Origin: Longimicrobiales bacterium
GTDB taxonomy: Bacteria > Gemmatimonadota > Gemmatimonadetes > Longimicrobiales > Gaopeijiaceae
NCBI GenBank assembly: GCA_963664435.2
Contig: CAXXKM010000003.1
Coordinates: 1,280,001-1,344,000 of the forward strand
Direction: 5' to 3'
Length of the DNA: 64,000 bases
Position numbers and translations under genes: made by a program. Of this stretch, positions 9,223-19,032 are shown in pieces (position 1 is the stretch's first letter; every line of letters starts with the position of its first letter). The notes below the pieces were generated by a model. It searched no databases. It saw only the letters and a program-made list of their open reading frames with translations, and had not been told where the DNA came from.

Positions 9223-10466
9223 TCAGGGCGCTGCTGGTTCAAGCCTGCTCACCACGGCCCGCGGAACGTCCAGTTCGTCCTCGCGGCGCAGCAGTACGAC
9301 ATCCCCTCTCGCGTCCAGCAGCTCTTCGTCGGCCGCCAGCTTCACCTGGAACAGCGGCGCGAACCGCTCCATGTCCCACACCCGCCAGGTCACGCTGTCC
9401 TGGTCGGCGAAGTGGTAGTCGCGCACCCAGAGCCTCTCGTCGAAATCGACGAACAGCTGATCGATCGGCGGTGCCGGTTCGTTCACCGGCCAGTCGTCGT
9501 AATCGAGACGTAGGTTACGGGGGTCGGCGAAATGCTCTCGCAGTTGGGCCGGCACTCCGGCCGAGGGCCTGCTCAGCACCTCCGCTGCTCTCGACGGCCA
9601 ATCAGCCCTGTACTCGCGTACCGCATGCACTTGGTCTCTGGACGGCCGAATGGCCGGCGGCATGGGAATGCGGCCGACTTCGCCTCCATCCCATCCGAAC
9701 ACCTGGATCGCTTCCTGGTCGGTCTCGGCGATGGCGACGCGATCCGGGGAGGCCGCCATCAGAGTGGAATGCCCGAAGATCACGCTGCCATTCTGTCTCG
9801 CCTCGTAGTGATACTCGGAGCCCTTGGCCTGGGCGACGACTTCGACTTCGCCTGCGCTGTCCACTGCAAGGTACTCGATCGCGTCCCATGTACGTCCCCG
9901 GTAACTCCGGGGATCCTTGCCTTCCCTGTCACGGAAGACGATGCGACCATCCGGATGAACCGCCACCGGGAGCGCGTCCATGAGGCTGCCCTTGAACGGG
10001 ACCGTGTCATATCGCGTGTCGCCCACGTACTCGCCGCTGTTGTCGAGGAACACTACGCGAACCCGGTAGTTGTCCTGGAGCGCGATGCCCTGCGGGCTAC
10101 GCAGGGCACGGTGGATGCGGCGGAAACTCGTGCGGCCCGCCACCCTCCCGGCCGAACCCCGTGGTTTCCCCGGACGCCATGTTGACGAAGTAGACTTCGG
10201 TACGTTCGACCAGAACCATTCCGGAGTCGGGAAGGAAGAACCCCCCGACGATGACCGAGAATACGTGGGTGAGTTGTGGAAGCTCCGATGAGTCGAATGT
10301 CGAAGGTCCGGGGACGAGGGAGCGGTCCGCTTCCGGTCCCGAGAGCGGGGGCGACGGACTGCGAGCCGAAATCGATTCGCGTGCCGAGGGCGATCCACAC
10401 AATCACAACCGGGGTGATCCACGCTACCCAGAAACGCAGCCAACCGGGCTTTCTCGCAGCACTCAT
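9223..10466 (-). pseudogene. Beta-propeller-like gene split by two frameshifts (or assembly errors)
   Basis: N-terminal TM segment in frame 10466; HVFSVIVGG..GREGGGPHEF in frame 10402; RRIHRA..REDELDVPRAVVSRL in frame 10443. Shifts at about 10270 and 10125. Confidence 0.7.
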
Positions 10467-10554
10467 AAGGGCTTGCTCTCGTCAGAAATCAACCCATGGG
10501 CCAACTCCCCGCGCCGTCGGAGTCGCCACCGGCTGGACAGACCGGAGGCCTGCC

Positions 10555-11559
10555 CTACCGCACCCGCACGTACTTGCGCAGCATGCGCGGCCCCACCTCC
10601 GCGCCGTAGACGTTGCCGAAGGCGTCCGCCGCCACCCCTTCCGCCCCGGTGGTGCCCCGCACGTACACATGCCAGTCGGGGTCCGGGATGAAGGAGGTGA
10701 CCAGCCCGTCCACCACGCTGCCGACGCGGATCCCGCGCACCCAGCCGGCGTTGGGGATGCCGCCGCCGGTGGAGGACTCGGAGTCGGCCGAGTAGAGCAC
10801 GTCGTTGGCGTCGATGAAGAGCCCGCTGGGCCGCCCGAACTGGGTCCAGGTGTCCAGGTGGTTGCCGTCTTGATCGAAGATCTGCAGGCGGTTGTTCTTG
10901 CGGTCGCCGACGAAGAGCCGGCCACGGGAATCCATGGCCAGCGCGTGAGGGTCCCGGAATTCGCCGTTCTCGGCGCCCGTGCTGCCCCACTCCATGATGA
11001 AGTCGCCGCCGCTGGTGAACTTGACGATGCGGTTGTTGCCGCCCGTGCCGTGGCCGTCGGCCACGAAGATGTCGCCGTTTGGCGCCACGAGGACGTCGGA
11101 GGGCTGGTCGAAGGTGTCGGGTCCGTCGCCGGCGACTCCGGCCTGGCCGAGGCTCATCATAAGCTCGCCCTCGGGGGTGAACTTGTGCACCTGGTGGCCG
11201 CGCCGCTCGCCCCCGCGCGCGTCGGTGACCCAGAGGTTGCCGTCGGGATCGACATGGATGCCGTGCGGCCACTCGAACATCCCGGCGCCGAAGCTGCGCA
11301 GCAGGTTGCCGTCGACATCGAAGAGCAGGATGGGATCGAGGTCGTCGTGCCCCACGCAGGTGTTCTCGCCGCAGCGCTCCGCGACCCAGATGTTGCCGTC
11401 GGCGGCAGGATAGATGGCGCTGGTGGAGCCCCAGGTGCGGCCCTCGGGCAGCTGGCCCCACACATCCGGTACGGCGCGGTAGGGGTTGGGCGCGTGGTTC
11501 TGGGCGAGGACGGGGATCGCGAAGGTGAGGGACAGGGCGAGGAGGAGCGGCTTCTTCAT
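10555..11559 (-). CDS. NHL-repeat protein, peptidyl-alpha-hydroxyglycine alpha-amidating lyase (PAL)-like
   Basis: Signal peptide MKKPLLL..LA-Q; NHL repeats FEWPHGIHVD, FDQPSDV, FRDPHALAMD, GRPSGL. Confidence 0.85.
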   Translation of the reverse strand: MKKPLLLALSLTFAIPVLAQNHAPNPYRAVPDVWGQLPEGRTWGSTSAIYPAADGNIWVAERCGENTCVGHDDLDPILLFDVDGNLLRSFGAGMFEWPHGIHVDPDGNLWVTDARGGERRGHQVHKFTPEGELMMSLGQAGVAGDGPDTFDQPSDVLVAPNGDIFVADGHGTGGNNRIVKFTSGGDFIMEWGSTGAENGEFRDPHALAMDSRGRLFVGDRKNNRLQIFDQDGNHLDTWTQFGRPSGLFIDANDVLYSADSESSTGGGIPNAGWVRGIRVGSVVDGLVTSFIPDPDWHVYVRGTTGAEGVAADAFGNVYGAEVGPRMLRKYVRVR

Positions 11560-11731
11560 CGTCTCATCTCCGATCGGGACATGCAGGAAAGGCTCAGGCG
11601 AGTCGGGGAAAGGGCAATGTGGTGGATGAGCGCGTGGCCCGAAAGCGGTCCCCACCGACGGTTGCCGCCGCCCGGTGACGCCGATGTGCCGCGTCTTCGT
11701 CCGCGCCACCCGGGTTGTGGGTGGATCTCGC

Positions 11732-13519
11732 TCAGGGAAACCCGCGAGGCGGCACCCGCCGGCGCGTGGCCTGCTCGAACGCGTACGCCAGCTCGATCAG
11801 TCGGGGCTCGCTGCAGTTGGCCCCGGTGAACCCGACGCCGAAGGGCGCGGGGCGGGCATCGAACCCTTCCGGGAAGGGCGTTGCCGGCTCGTTGGGCACG
11901 AAACCGAAGGGCACTACGACGATCGGAGTGCCGGAGCGGGCGGCAAGGCCGGCCCCCCGGCTGCCCGGCGTGAAGATCGCGTCCAGTTCGTGTTCCGCGA
12001 GCACTGCGTCGATGCCGCGGGTGCGGCTGAGCAGCTCGTCGCGCGCCATGTCGGCCTCGTTGCGGGCGCGGTCGGCCTCCACGTCCATCTCGTCCGAGAT
12101 GTCGAAGCGCGACTGGCCGTACCTGGCCGCGCCGGCGTTCGCGTGGTCGAGGTTCCACTGGCGGAGTTCGGTCAGCGTCGTCACGGGCGCATCCGGGCCC
12201 AGGCTCTCCAGCCACGCGTTGAAATCACGCTTGGCGCCGTACTTGAAGTTCACCGAGCAGTTCTGGTCGGAGCCCTTCGCCTGGTGGGCGCCCGCGCAGA
12301 AGCCCCAGGCGGCGAAGTTCGAGTCCGGGTCGGGGTGGGCGTAGCTGGGCACGTCGGCGGGATCCACGACCACCGCGCCACTGGCCTCCAGCACCGCGAT
12401 CGCCTCCGCCATGAGTGCTGCCTGCGCCTCGGTGAGCCCGCCCCGGGTTCCCTCGTCTCCGTCCAGCTGGACGGCATCGTAGTAGAAGGCGCGCGGGATG
12501 CCGATGCGGGCGCCCTCGAGGCCGTCGGGGTTCAGGAACTGCGTGTAGTCCCGCCCCGGAGGCGGCTCGCAGATGCCGGTGGCCGGGTCGTTGGGGTCGG
12601 GCGCCGGGCTCTCCATCCCGCCCAGCAGGATCGCCGCGTCGGCCACCGTGCGAGTCATGGGGCCGGCCATGTCGTGGTCGAGGGTGACCGGCGCGATGCC
12701 CCAGCGGCTGATGCGCCCCAGCGTCGGCCGGATCCCCACCAGCATGTTGGCGTTGGACGGGCTGATCACCGAGCCCCCGGTGTCGGTCCCGACGTTTCCG
12801 GCCCAGAAGCTCGCGGCGGTGCCGACCCCCGAGCTGGAGCCGCCGGTGCTGAGCGCGGGGCGCCCGTCGCTGGTGGCCGGTCGCGGGTCGCGGCGCGGGT
12901 CGTACGGGTTGTAGGCGAACCCGGTGAGGGCGTTGTAGTTGCCCGGCATCTGCCGGGGCGGGCCCGCCATCCAGTTGGCGAACTCGGTGAGACCGGCCTT
13001 GGCGATGACGATCGCGCCGGCTTCCCGGAGGTTGGTGGTCAGGGTGGCCTCGTACGGCGGCACGTACCCTTCGAACGCGAGGGCGCCCCCGGTGGTGGGG
13101 AGATGGGTGGTGTGGATGTTGTCCTTGAGCGCCACCGGAATCCCGTGCAGCGGCCCGCGCACCTCGCCCCGCGCCCGCTCGGCGTCCAGAGCCTCCGCCT
13201 CCGCCAGCGCGTTCGGGTTGATGGAGACGGCCGCGTTCAGCCGATCCTCATACAGCCCGATGCGGACCAGGTACTCCGCGACCAGCTGGCGCGAGCTGAG
13301 CTCCCCGCGCTCCATCGCCGCCTGCAACTCCGGGATGCCGGCTTCGACCACGGAGAAACCTGCCGCTTCCGGGCGCCGCGCGTCGCATCCCGCCGAGGCG
13401 AGCAGGAGGAGGACGGGGGCTGCACGGAGGAGCGAGCTGGCAACGGTGTCAAGGAGAGAGCGGGGGTTGCGGACGGGGGCCGGAATCATCCTCGGGACCA
13501 GGTGTCGGAGGCTCCGCAT
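11732..13519 (-). CDS. Amidase signature family protein (probable lipoprotein)
   Basis: GPLHGIPVALKDN, GGSSSG, GTDTGGSV (Ser-cisSer-Lys triad); LASAGC lipobox. Start uncertain. Confidence 0.9.
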   Translation of the reverse strand: MRSLRHLVPRMIPAPVRNPRSLLDTVASSLLRAAPVLLLLASAGCDARRPEAAGFSVVEAGIPELQAAMERGELSSRQLVAEYLVRIGLYEDRLNAAVSINPNALAEAEALDAERARGEVRGPLHGIPVALKDNIHTTHLPTTGGALAFEGYVPPYEATLTTNLREAGAIVIAKAGLTEFANWMAGPPRQMPGNYNALTGFAYNPYDPRRDPRPATSDGRPALSTGGSSSGVGTAASFWAGNVGTDTGGSVISPSNANMLVGIRPTLGRISRWGIAPVTLDHDMAGPMTRTVADAAILLGGMESPAPDPNDPATGICEPPPGRDYTQFLNPDGLEGARIGIPRAFYYDAVQLDGDEGTRGGLTEAQAALMAEAIAVLEASGAVVVDPADVPSYAHPDPDSNFAAWGFCAGAHQAKGSDQNCSVNFKYGAKRDFNAWLESLGPDAPVTTLTELRQWNLDHANAGAARYGQSRFDISDEMDVEADRARNEADMARDELLSRTRGIDAVLAEHELDAIFTPGSRGAGLAARSGTPIVVVPFGFVPNEPATPFPEGFDARPAPFGVGFTGANCSEPRLIELAYAFEQATRRRVPPRGFP

Positions 13520-13532
13520 TGCTTGCCGCCCT

Positions 13533-15458
13533 TCAAAATCCGAGCGACGCCGTCTCACGCCGCACGTCGCCCGCCGCGATCATCACCCCGGTCTCCGGGT
13601 CGCGCCAGGTCACCGTGGGCGCGCACGCGCGCCAGTTCCACAGGCCCCAGGACTGCACGTCGTGCCCCATTGCGCGCAGCGCTTCCGCCGTCTCGGCGGG
13701 GATGCGGTCCTCCATGCGGAGCAGCGCGGGACTGCCGTTCACCTCGCTCCCGCTGCCCGGGAAGTTGTAGCTGCCGAAGCGGGGCTGGTCGACGGCCTGT
13801 TCGGGCGACATCCCCCACACCACCACGTTCAGGAAGACCTGCAGGAGCGACTGCAGCTGCTGATCGCCGCCGGGGGTGGAGAGTCCCATGAACGGCTGCC
13901 CATCCTTCATCACCAGGAGGGGCGAGTTGGTGTTGCGCGGGCGCTTGCCGGGCGCCATGACGTTGGCCAGCTCCGGGTCCAGGTTGAACTGGCCCATGCG
14001 GTTGCCCAGCCCGAAGCCCCATCCCGGGATCATGGGCGTGAAGGTGTGGCCGTCGCTCTCGGTGAGCGAGAACAGGTTGCCTTCGCCGTCCATGACGTTG
14101 AGGGAGGAGGTGTCGATGGAGCGGGCCGAGGGTTCGTCGTCCGCGGCGGCGGCAGCCCCGGACGCGACGAAGCTCACCGGGGCGCCGTCCGCCACCGCCG
14201 CCATCGCTGCCGGATCTCCCCACGGCGGCATATCCTGGAACGCGCTCTTCGCGTCGATGAGCCCGATGCGCTCGCGCGCGTATTCCTTCCCGTACAGTCC
14301 CTCCGGCGCGGGCGCGAAATCCGGATCCCCCACGTACTTGTGGGTGTCCGCCATCGCCAGGTTGATGACCTGGGACAGGAGGTGGATGTACTCCGGCGTG
14401 TTGTAGCCGAGCGCGCGGAGGTCGTAGTTCTCGAGCATGTTGAGCATCAGCACGATGCGCGGCCCCTGGCTCCATCCGTCGCCCGTGTAGACGTCGTAGC
14501 CGTTGAAGCTCGTGCCCAGGGGCTCCTCCCAGCGGCTCTCGTACCCCGCCATGTCGTCGTAGCGCACGATCCCCCCGTGCTCGCGGAAGAAGCGGTCCAC
14601 GTCGCGCGCCGGATCGCCCTTGTAGAAGGCGTCGCGGGCAGCGCGGATGCCCTCCGAACGGCTTCCGCCCGCGGCCAGTGCCTGCTGCTCGGCCTCCATC
14701 ATGTAGCGGATGAGCCGCCCGAGATCGGCGTTCACCATGAGGTCGCCGAGTTCCTGTGCGCCGACCCCGTGCTGAAACCAGAAGTCGCGGTTGTAGGGGA
14801 AGTCGAGGATCCCCTCCATCTGATCCTCGATCATCCACTTCTGCATCTTGTAGAGATGGTAGCCCTCCTCCGCGATCCGGAGCGTGGGCTGCGCGGCCTC
14901 GCTGAAGCCGAGCGTTCCGAAGCGGTCGAGCGCGGCCAGCCAGACGTCCACGTCCGCGGGGATCAACGCGTTGTTGATGGGCGACTTGCCGTGCTCGACG
15001 AAGTAGTCGAGGGTGGCGAGCGCAGGGGACTTCCCGGCCCCGACCCGGGTGATCACGCGGTCCTCGGCTGCGCTGTAGAGGATGAGCGGCGCGACCCCGG
15101 TCCACCCCGCGTAGTCCATCTTGAGCGCCTTGAGCGCCATGCCGGCCGTCACCCCGGCGTCGAAGGCGTTGCCCCCGGCCTTGAGCACGTCGTATCCGGC
15201 CTGCGTGGCCAGGTAGTGCCCGGAGGAGATCACCCCGTGGGTGCCCATGACGCGCGGCCGCATGGCCTCGACGTTGTCGGCGTCGTGGACGTGGCCGTAG
15301 CTGTTGAAGGGAGCGATGGTGGCGAAGACGCTCCCTTCTGCTGCGGGCGTGGCTTCCTCCGCGGCGGAGGCAGCCTCTTCCGCCGCCCCCATCCCCGATC
15401 CGCGCCACGCGACGAGTGCCATGGCCGCGACGGCGACCAACCATGTCAAGTGCTTCAT
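13533..15458 (-). CDS. ggt: Gamma-glutamyltransferase family protein (exported)
   Basis: GGNAFDA, nucleophile Thr in DTSSL, PGKRP, TPGGDQQ, C-terminal GDVRR; signal peptide; GGAGGA RBS. Confidence 0.88.
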   Translation of the reverse strand: MKHLTWLVAVAAMALVAWRGSGMGAAEEAASAAEEATPAAEGSVFATIAPFNSYGHVHDADNVEAMRPRVMGTHGVISSGHYLATQAGYDVLKAGGNAFDAGVTAGMALKALKMDYAGWTGVAPLILYSAAEDRVITRVGAGKSPALATLDYFVEHGKSPINNALIPADVDVWLAALDRFGTLGFSEAAQPTLRIAEEGYHLYKMQKWMIEDQMEGILDFPYNRDFWFQHGVGAQELGDLMVNADLGRLIRYMMEAEQQALAAGGSRSEGIRAARDAFYKGDPARDVDRFFREHGGIVRYDDMAGYESRWEEPLGTSFNGYDVYTGDGWSQGPRIVLMLNMLENYDLRALGYNTPEYIHLLSQVINLAMADTHKYVGDPDFAPAPEGLYGKEYARERIGLIDAKSAFQDMPPWGDPAAMAAVADGAPVSFVASGAAAAADDEPSARSIDTSSLNVMDGEGNLFSLTESDGHTFTPMIPGWGFGLGNRMGQFNLDPELANVMAPGKRPRNTNSPLLVMKDGQPFMGLSTPGGDQQLQSLLQVFLNVVVWGMSPEQAVDQPRFGSYNFPGSGSEVNGSPALLRMEDRIPAETAEALRAMGHDVQSWGLWNWRACAPTVTWRDPETGVMIAAGDVRRETASLGF

Positions 15459-15631
15459 CGCGTCATCCTCCTGTTTCTGCCGGAGATGCAGACGCGGCCA
15501 ACTTCCGTTCGCCGCCTGCAATCCTGAAGCTACTTCCGGGGTGCGTCCGGGCAACCACGCGGCCGATACGCGTTATCTTCCCTCCTCAACCCGCGGTTCC
15601 CCGAAGGCCCTCGGCCGACAACGACGATCGC

Positions 15632-16306
15632 ATGCAGACCAGATCCGCCATACACCCCGCCGTCGCGGACGCCCGCGCCGTCCTTTTCGACTTCGATTTT
15701 ACGCTCGCGGACTCATCCGGGGCCGTCATGGTCTGCATGAATCACGCATTGTCCCGCCTGGGGCTTCCGCCTGCCCCGGAGAACGAGATCCGCCGGACCA
15801 TCGGCCTCGACCTCGTCACGGCGCTCGGGCGTCTCGCCGGCGAGGAGTGGAAGCCACGGGGGCAGGAGTTCCTCGGGCACTTCACGAGGAAGGCGGACGA
15901 GGTGATGGTCGCCGGCACCGTCTTTCTGCCCGGCGCGCGCCGGGTGCTCGAGAGGCTTCACGGCGCCGGATACCGCCTCGGTGTGGTGTCGACCAAGTAC
16001 CGGCGCCGGGTCGAGGAGGCCCTGGAGCGGGATGGATTGCGGGCATTGGTCGATGTGGTCGTCGGCAGTGACGACGTGCCCCGGCCCAAACCCGCCCCCG
16101 ACGGCCTGCTGAGAGCGGGCGGGGCATTGGGCATCGCGACCGGTGACTGCGTCTTCGTGGGTGATTCGGAGGTGGACGCGAAGGCCGCGCGGGACGCGGG
16201 CATGGGATTCGTCGCGGTTCTGACGGGGACGACGCCGGCGGAGGAGTTCGCCGTGTATGCGCCGCGGGCCGTATTCGAAGGGGTCGGGGAGATCGTTCCG
16301 GGGTAG
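15632..16306 (+). CDS. HAD-family hydrolase (phosphoglycolate phosphatase-like)
   Basis: FDFDFTL motif I, KPAPD, VGDS..D. Confidence 0.85.
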   Translation: MQTRSAIHPAVADARAVLFDFDFTLADSSGAVMVCMNHALSRLGLPPAPENEIRRTIGLDLVTALGRLAGEEWKPRGQEFLGHFTRKADEVMVAGTVFLPGARRVLERLHGAGYRLGVVSTKYRRRVEEALERDGLRALVDVVVGSDDVPRPKPAPDGLLRAGGALGIATGDCVFVGDSEVDAKAARDAGMGFVAVLTGTTPAEEFAVYAPRAVFEGVGEIVPG

Positions 16307-16398
16307 CCGCCGGGCCAGCGGCCGGCGCTCTCTGGCGGTCGCGCGTCAGGCTCGGCTATCGTGTCCCCCAACGCCGACCCGCCGTCCCGGAGGACGCC

Positions 16399-17880
16399 AT
16401 GACCCGCCTGCTGAGCCTCCCCACCCGCATCCGCGCCCTGTTTTCGCCCGGAATGCTTCTCCCCGCCGCCTGGTCGGCCGGCCTGTTGGCGGCGGGACCG
16501 CTCGCGTCCGGCCTTGCCGCGCAGGAAATCCTCATCAGCGGGGGCACGGTGGTCACCTCGGAGGGGCGGTTCGACGCGGACGTGCGGGTGCGGGACGGGA
16601 CCATCGTGGAGATCGGCAGCGGGCTGGCCGAGGGGGCGGGCGCACGCACGATCGACGCCACCGGGCTGCTCATCATGCCGGGCGGGGTGGACCCGCACGT
16701 CCACCTGGGCGGCAGCCGCCGCGACGACTACCGCACCGGGTCGCAGGCGGCCCTGGCGGGGGGCATCACCACTATCTCCAACTTCGCCTTCCCGGCCGAG
16801 GGGCGGACGCTCGCCCAGGCCGTCGAGCGCGAGGCGGCGCTCATCCGCGAACAGGCGATTGCGGACGTCATCCTGCACGCGGGCATCAACGACCCCGCCA
16901 CCCAGGAAGGCCAGGTGACCACCCTGGCCGCCGAAACCGGCCAGACCAGCACCAAGATCTTCATGGTGCGGGCCAACTTCGACGCCGAGGTGCGCGGCTA
17001 CATGGCGACCATGGACGCGGCGGGGCGCGCCGGCATCCTGACCATGGTGCACTGCGAGGACGGGCCCATCCTCGCGCGAGCGGTCGCCGAACTCACCGCC
17101 GCGGGACGCACCTCGCTCGAGTACTTTCCGGACAGCCGGCCCGTGGTCGGCGAGGTGGTGGCCACCCAGCGCGCGGTCGCCATGGCCGAGGCCACCGGGG
17201 CGCCCATCTACGCGGTCCACGTTTCCTCCGAAGGCGCGCTGCGGGTGCTGCAGGCTGCCCAGGATCGGGGGCTCAGCGTCTTCGTCGAGACCCGCCCCAT
17301 ATACCTCCATTTCACACGAGCGCGCTTCGCGGGCCCCGACCGCGGGCTCTACGTGGGGCAGCCGCCGCTTCGCGGGCAGCGCGATCAGGACGCGCTGTGG
17401 GCGGGCATCGCCAGCGGATCCGTGCACGTGCTCGGCACCGACCACGTCGCCTATCGGCGTGACGAGAAGATGGATCCGTCGCAGACCATCAGCCGGCACC
17501 GGGCCGGCCTGAACAACCTCCAGGTGGTGCGGCCCATGCTCTATTCCGAGGGCGTGGTCCAGGGACGCATCTCCGAGGAGCGCTTCGTGGCCGTAACCTC
17601 GACCAACGCCGCCAAGCTCTTCGGGCTCTATCCGCGCAAGGGCACGATCGCCGTGGGCTCGGATGCCGACATCGTCCTCTGGGATCCGGACGAGACGCGC
17701 ACCATACGCGACGAGGACATGTTCTCCGGGACCGGCTTCTCGGTGTACGCCGGGACGGAGGTCACGGGGTGGCCCGTGATGACGCTGCGCCGGGGCGAGG
17801 TCGTGTACGAGGGCGGAGAGATTCTGGCCGGGGCGGGCAGCGGGGAACTTCTGCGCCGCGGCAGATGGCAGGCGCCGTAG
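16399..17880 (+). CDS. Dihydropyrimidinase/hydantoinase-like amidohydrolase with N-terminal signal peptide
   Basis: PGGVDPHVH, KIFM, HCE, VHVS, GTDH, KGTIAVGSDAD; GGAGGA RBS. Confidence 0.85.
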   Translation: MTRLLSLPTRIRALFSPGMLLPAAWSAGLLAAGPLASGLAAQEILISGGTVVTSEGRFDADVRVRDGTIVEIGSGLAEGAGARTIDATGLLIMPGGVDPHVHLGGSRRDDYRTGSQAALAGGITTISNFAFPAEGRTLAQAVEREAALIREQAIADVILHAGINDPATQEGQVTTLAAETGQTSTKIFMVRANFDAEVRGYMATMDAAGRAGILTMVHCEDGPILARAVAELTAAGRTSLEYFPDSRPVVGEVVATQRAVAMAEATGAPIYAVHVSSEGALRVLQAAQDRGLSVFVETRPIYLHFTRARFAGPDRGLYVGQPPLRGQRDQDALWAGIASGSVHVLGTDHVAYRRDEKMDPSQTISRHRAGLNNLQVVRPMLYSEGVVQGRISEERFVAVTSTNAAKLFGLYPRKGTIAVGSDADIVLWDPDETRTIRDEDMFSGTGFSVYAGTEVTGWPVMTLRRGEVVYEGGEILAGAGSGELLRRGRWQAP

Positions 17881-17883
17881 CTT

Positions 17884-18111
17884 CTACTGGACGCCGGGGG
17901 TGCGGAGCGGCGAGTCCGGACGCATCGTCAGCCCTTCGAGCAGTCCCTCGATCCGGGAAACCCGCGCCTCGATTCGCGATACCCGCTCGGACAAATCGTC
18001 GATCCGGATGGACAACCGCTCAACATCGTGCCGAAGCGAAAGCATCAAGGTCAGAAGCATCACCGCCAGACCCGTGAATCCGCCGATCATCGTCCACTGG
18101 TTTCGGTCCAA
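17884..18111 (-). CDS. Small TM + coiled-coil hypothetical protein
   Basis: 75 aa, TTG start after GGGAG; hydrophobic helix, then heptads ERVSRIE ARVSRIE GLL. Confidence 0.6.
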   Translation of the reverse strand: MDRNQWTMIGGFTGLAVMLLTLMLSLRHDVERLSIRIDDLSERVSRIEARVSRIEGLLEGLTMRPDSPLRTPGVQ

Positions 18112-18297
18112 GAACGCGCTCCCGGGCTGCAGGTGAGATTAACCCTAGCCCAGGCGCCCAGCCGAGGGCAATGGTGAAATCGGTCATCTGGTGGTGAAAT
18201 CAGAGACGCCCCTCCGATTCGCGCCGCTGGCTCGGCGTCACTCCCCGCCGTATCATCGTGGTTCCCGCAACGACCCGATCCACAGGAGGTTCGACCC

Positions 18298-18948
18298 ATG
18301 CCCAAGGGAATACTCGCGTCGACCATCGCCGTCTTTCTGATCGCCGTCGGCGCCTGCGCCCAGTCCGGCGATGAGGCCGCACAGGAGGCTGCGGAAGCCG
18401 GAGAGGACACTCAGGAGTCCGCTCAGACCGGCATGGTGCGGGTCGTCATTTCCACCGAGTTCGGCGACATCGAGGTGGACATCGACACCGAGAACGCGCC
18501 CGGCACCTCCGCCAACTTCCTGCGCTACGTGGACGCCGGCCACTATGATGGCGGCCAGTTCCATCGCACGGTCACGATGGACAACCAGCCCAACGACACC
18601 GTCCGCATCGAGGTGATTCAGGCGAGCGTGAACGAGGAGTTCGGCGAGCAGGGCTTCGATCCGATCCCCATGGAGCGCACCTCGGTCACCGGGCTGCGCC
18701 ACGTCGACGGCGCCATCTCGATGGCGCGCGGACAACCCGACAGCGCCACCTCCAGCTTCTTCTTCTGCATCAACGATCAGCCGTCGCTGGACTTCGGCGG
18801 CAACCGCAACCCCGACCTCCAGGGATTCGCGGCGTTCGGACAGGTGGTGAGCGGAATGGACGTGGTGCGCGCGATCCAGATGCAGCCCTATGAGGAACAG
18901 GCTCTTACGCCGCCCGTGAGGATCACATCCGTGCGTCGGGACGACTGA
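18298..18948 (+). CDS. Peptidyl-prolyl cis-trans isomerase, cyclophilin type (lipoprotein)
   Basis: AP.T..NFLRYV, FHR, ISMAR, SATSSFFF, FAAFGQVV.GMDVV; AVGAC lipobox; GGAGG RBS. Confidence 0.9.
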   Translation: MPKGILASTIAVFLIAVGACAQSGDEAAQEAAEAGEDTQESAQTGMVRVVISTEFGDIEVDIDTENAPGTSANFLRYVDAGHYDGGQFHRTVTMDNQPNDTVRIEVIQASVNEEFGEQGFDPIPMERTSVTGLRHVDGAISMARGQPDSATSSFFFCINDQPSLDFGGNRNPDLQGFAAFGQVVSGMDVVRAIQMQPYEEQALTPPVRITSVRRDD

Positions 18949-19032
18949 CGGGAGCGCTTGGGCGACGGCTCACTCCGTCCGCGGGAAGGCAGCAGGCGGC
19001 GAGCCGTTCCGGCGCCCGGGTCCCACTACGCC

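Noticed and set aside
11675..15527. Very long plus-strand ORFs (738 aa and 862 aa), and similar ones at 31956-34538, 38321-40702, 50049-52880 and 58048-60891
   Set aside because: Antisense shadows of well-supported minus-strand genes in GC-rich DNA; Arg/Pro/Ala/Gly-rich with no recognisable motifs.
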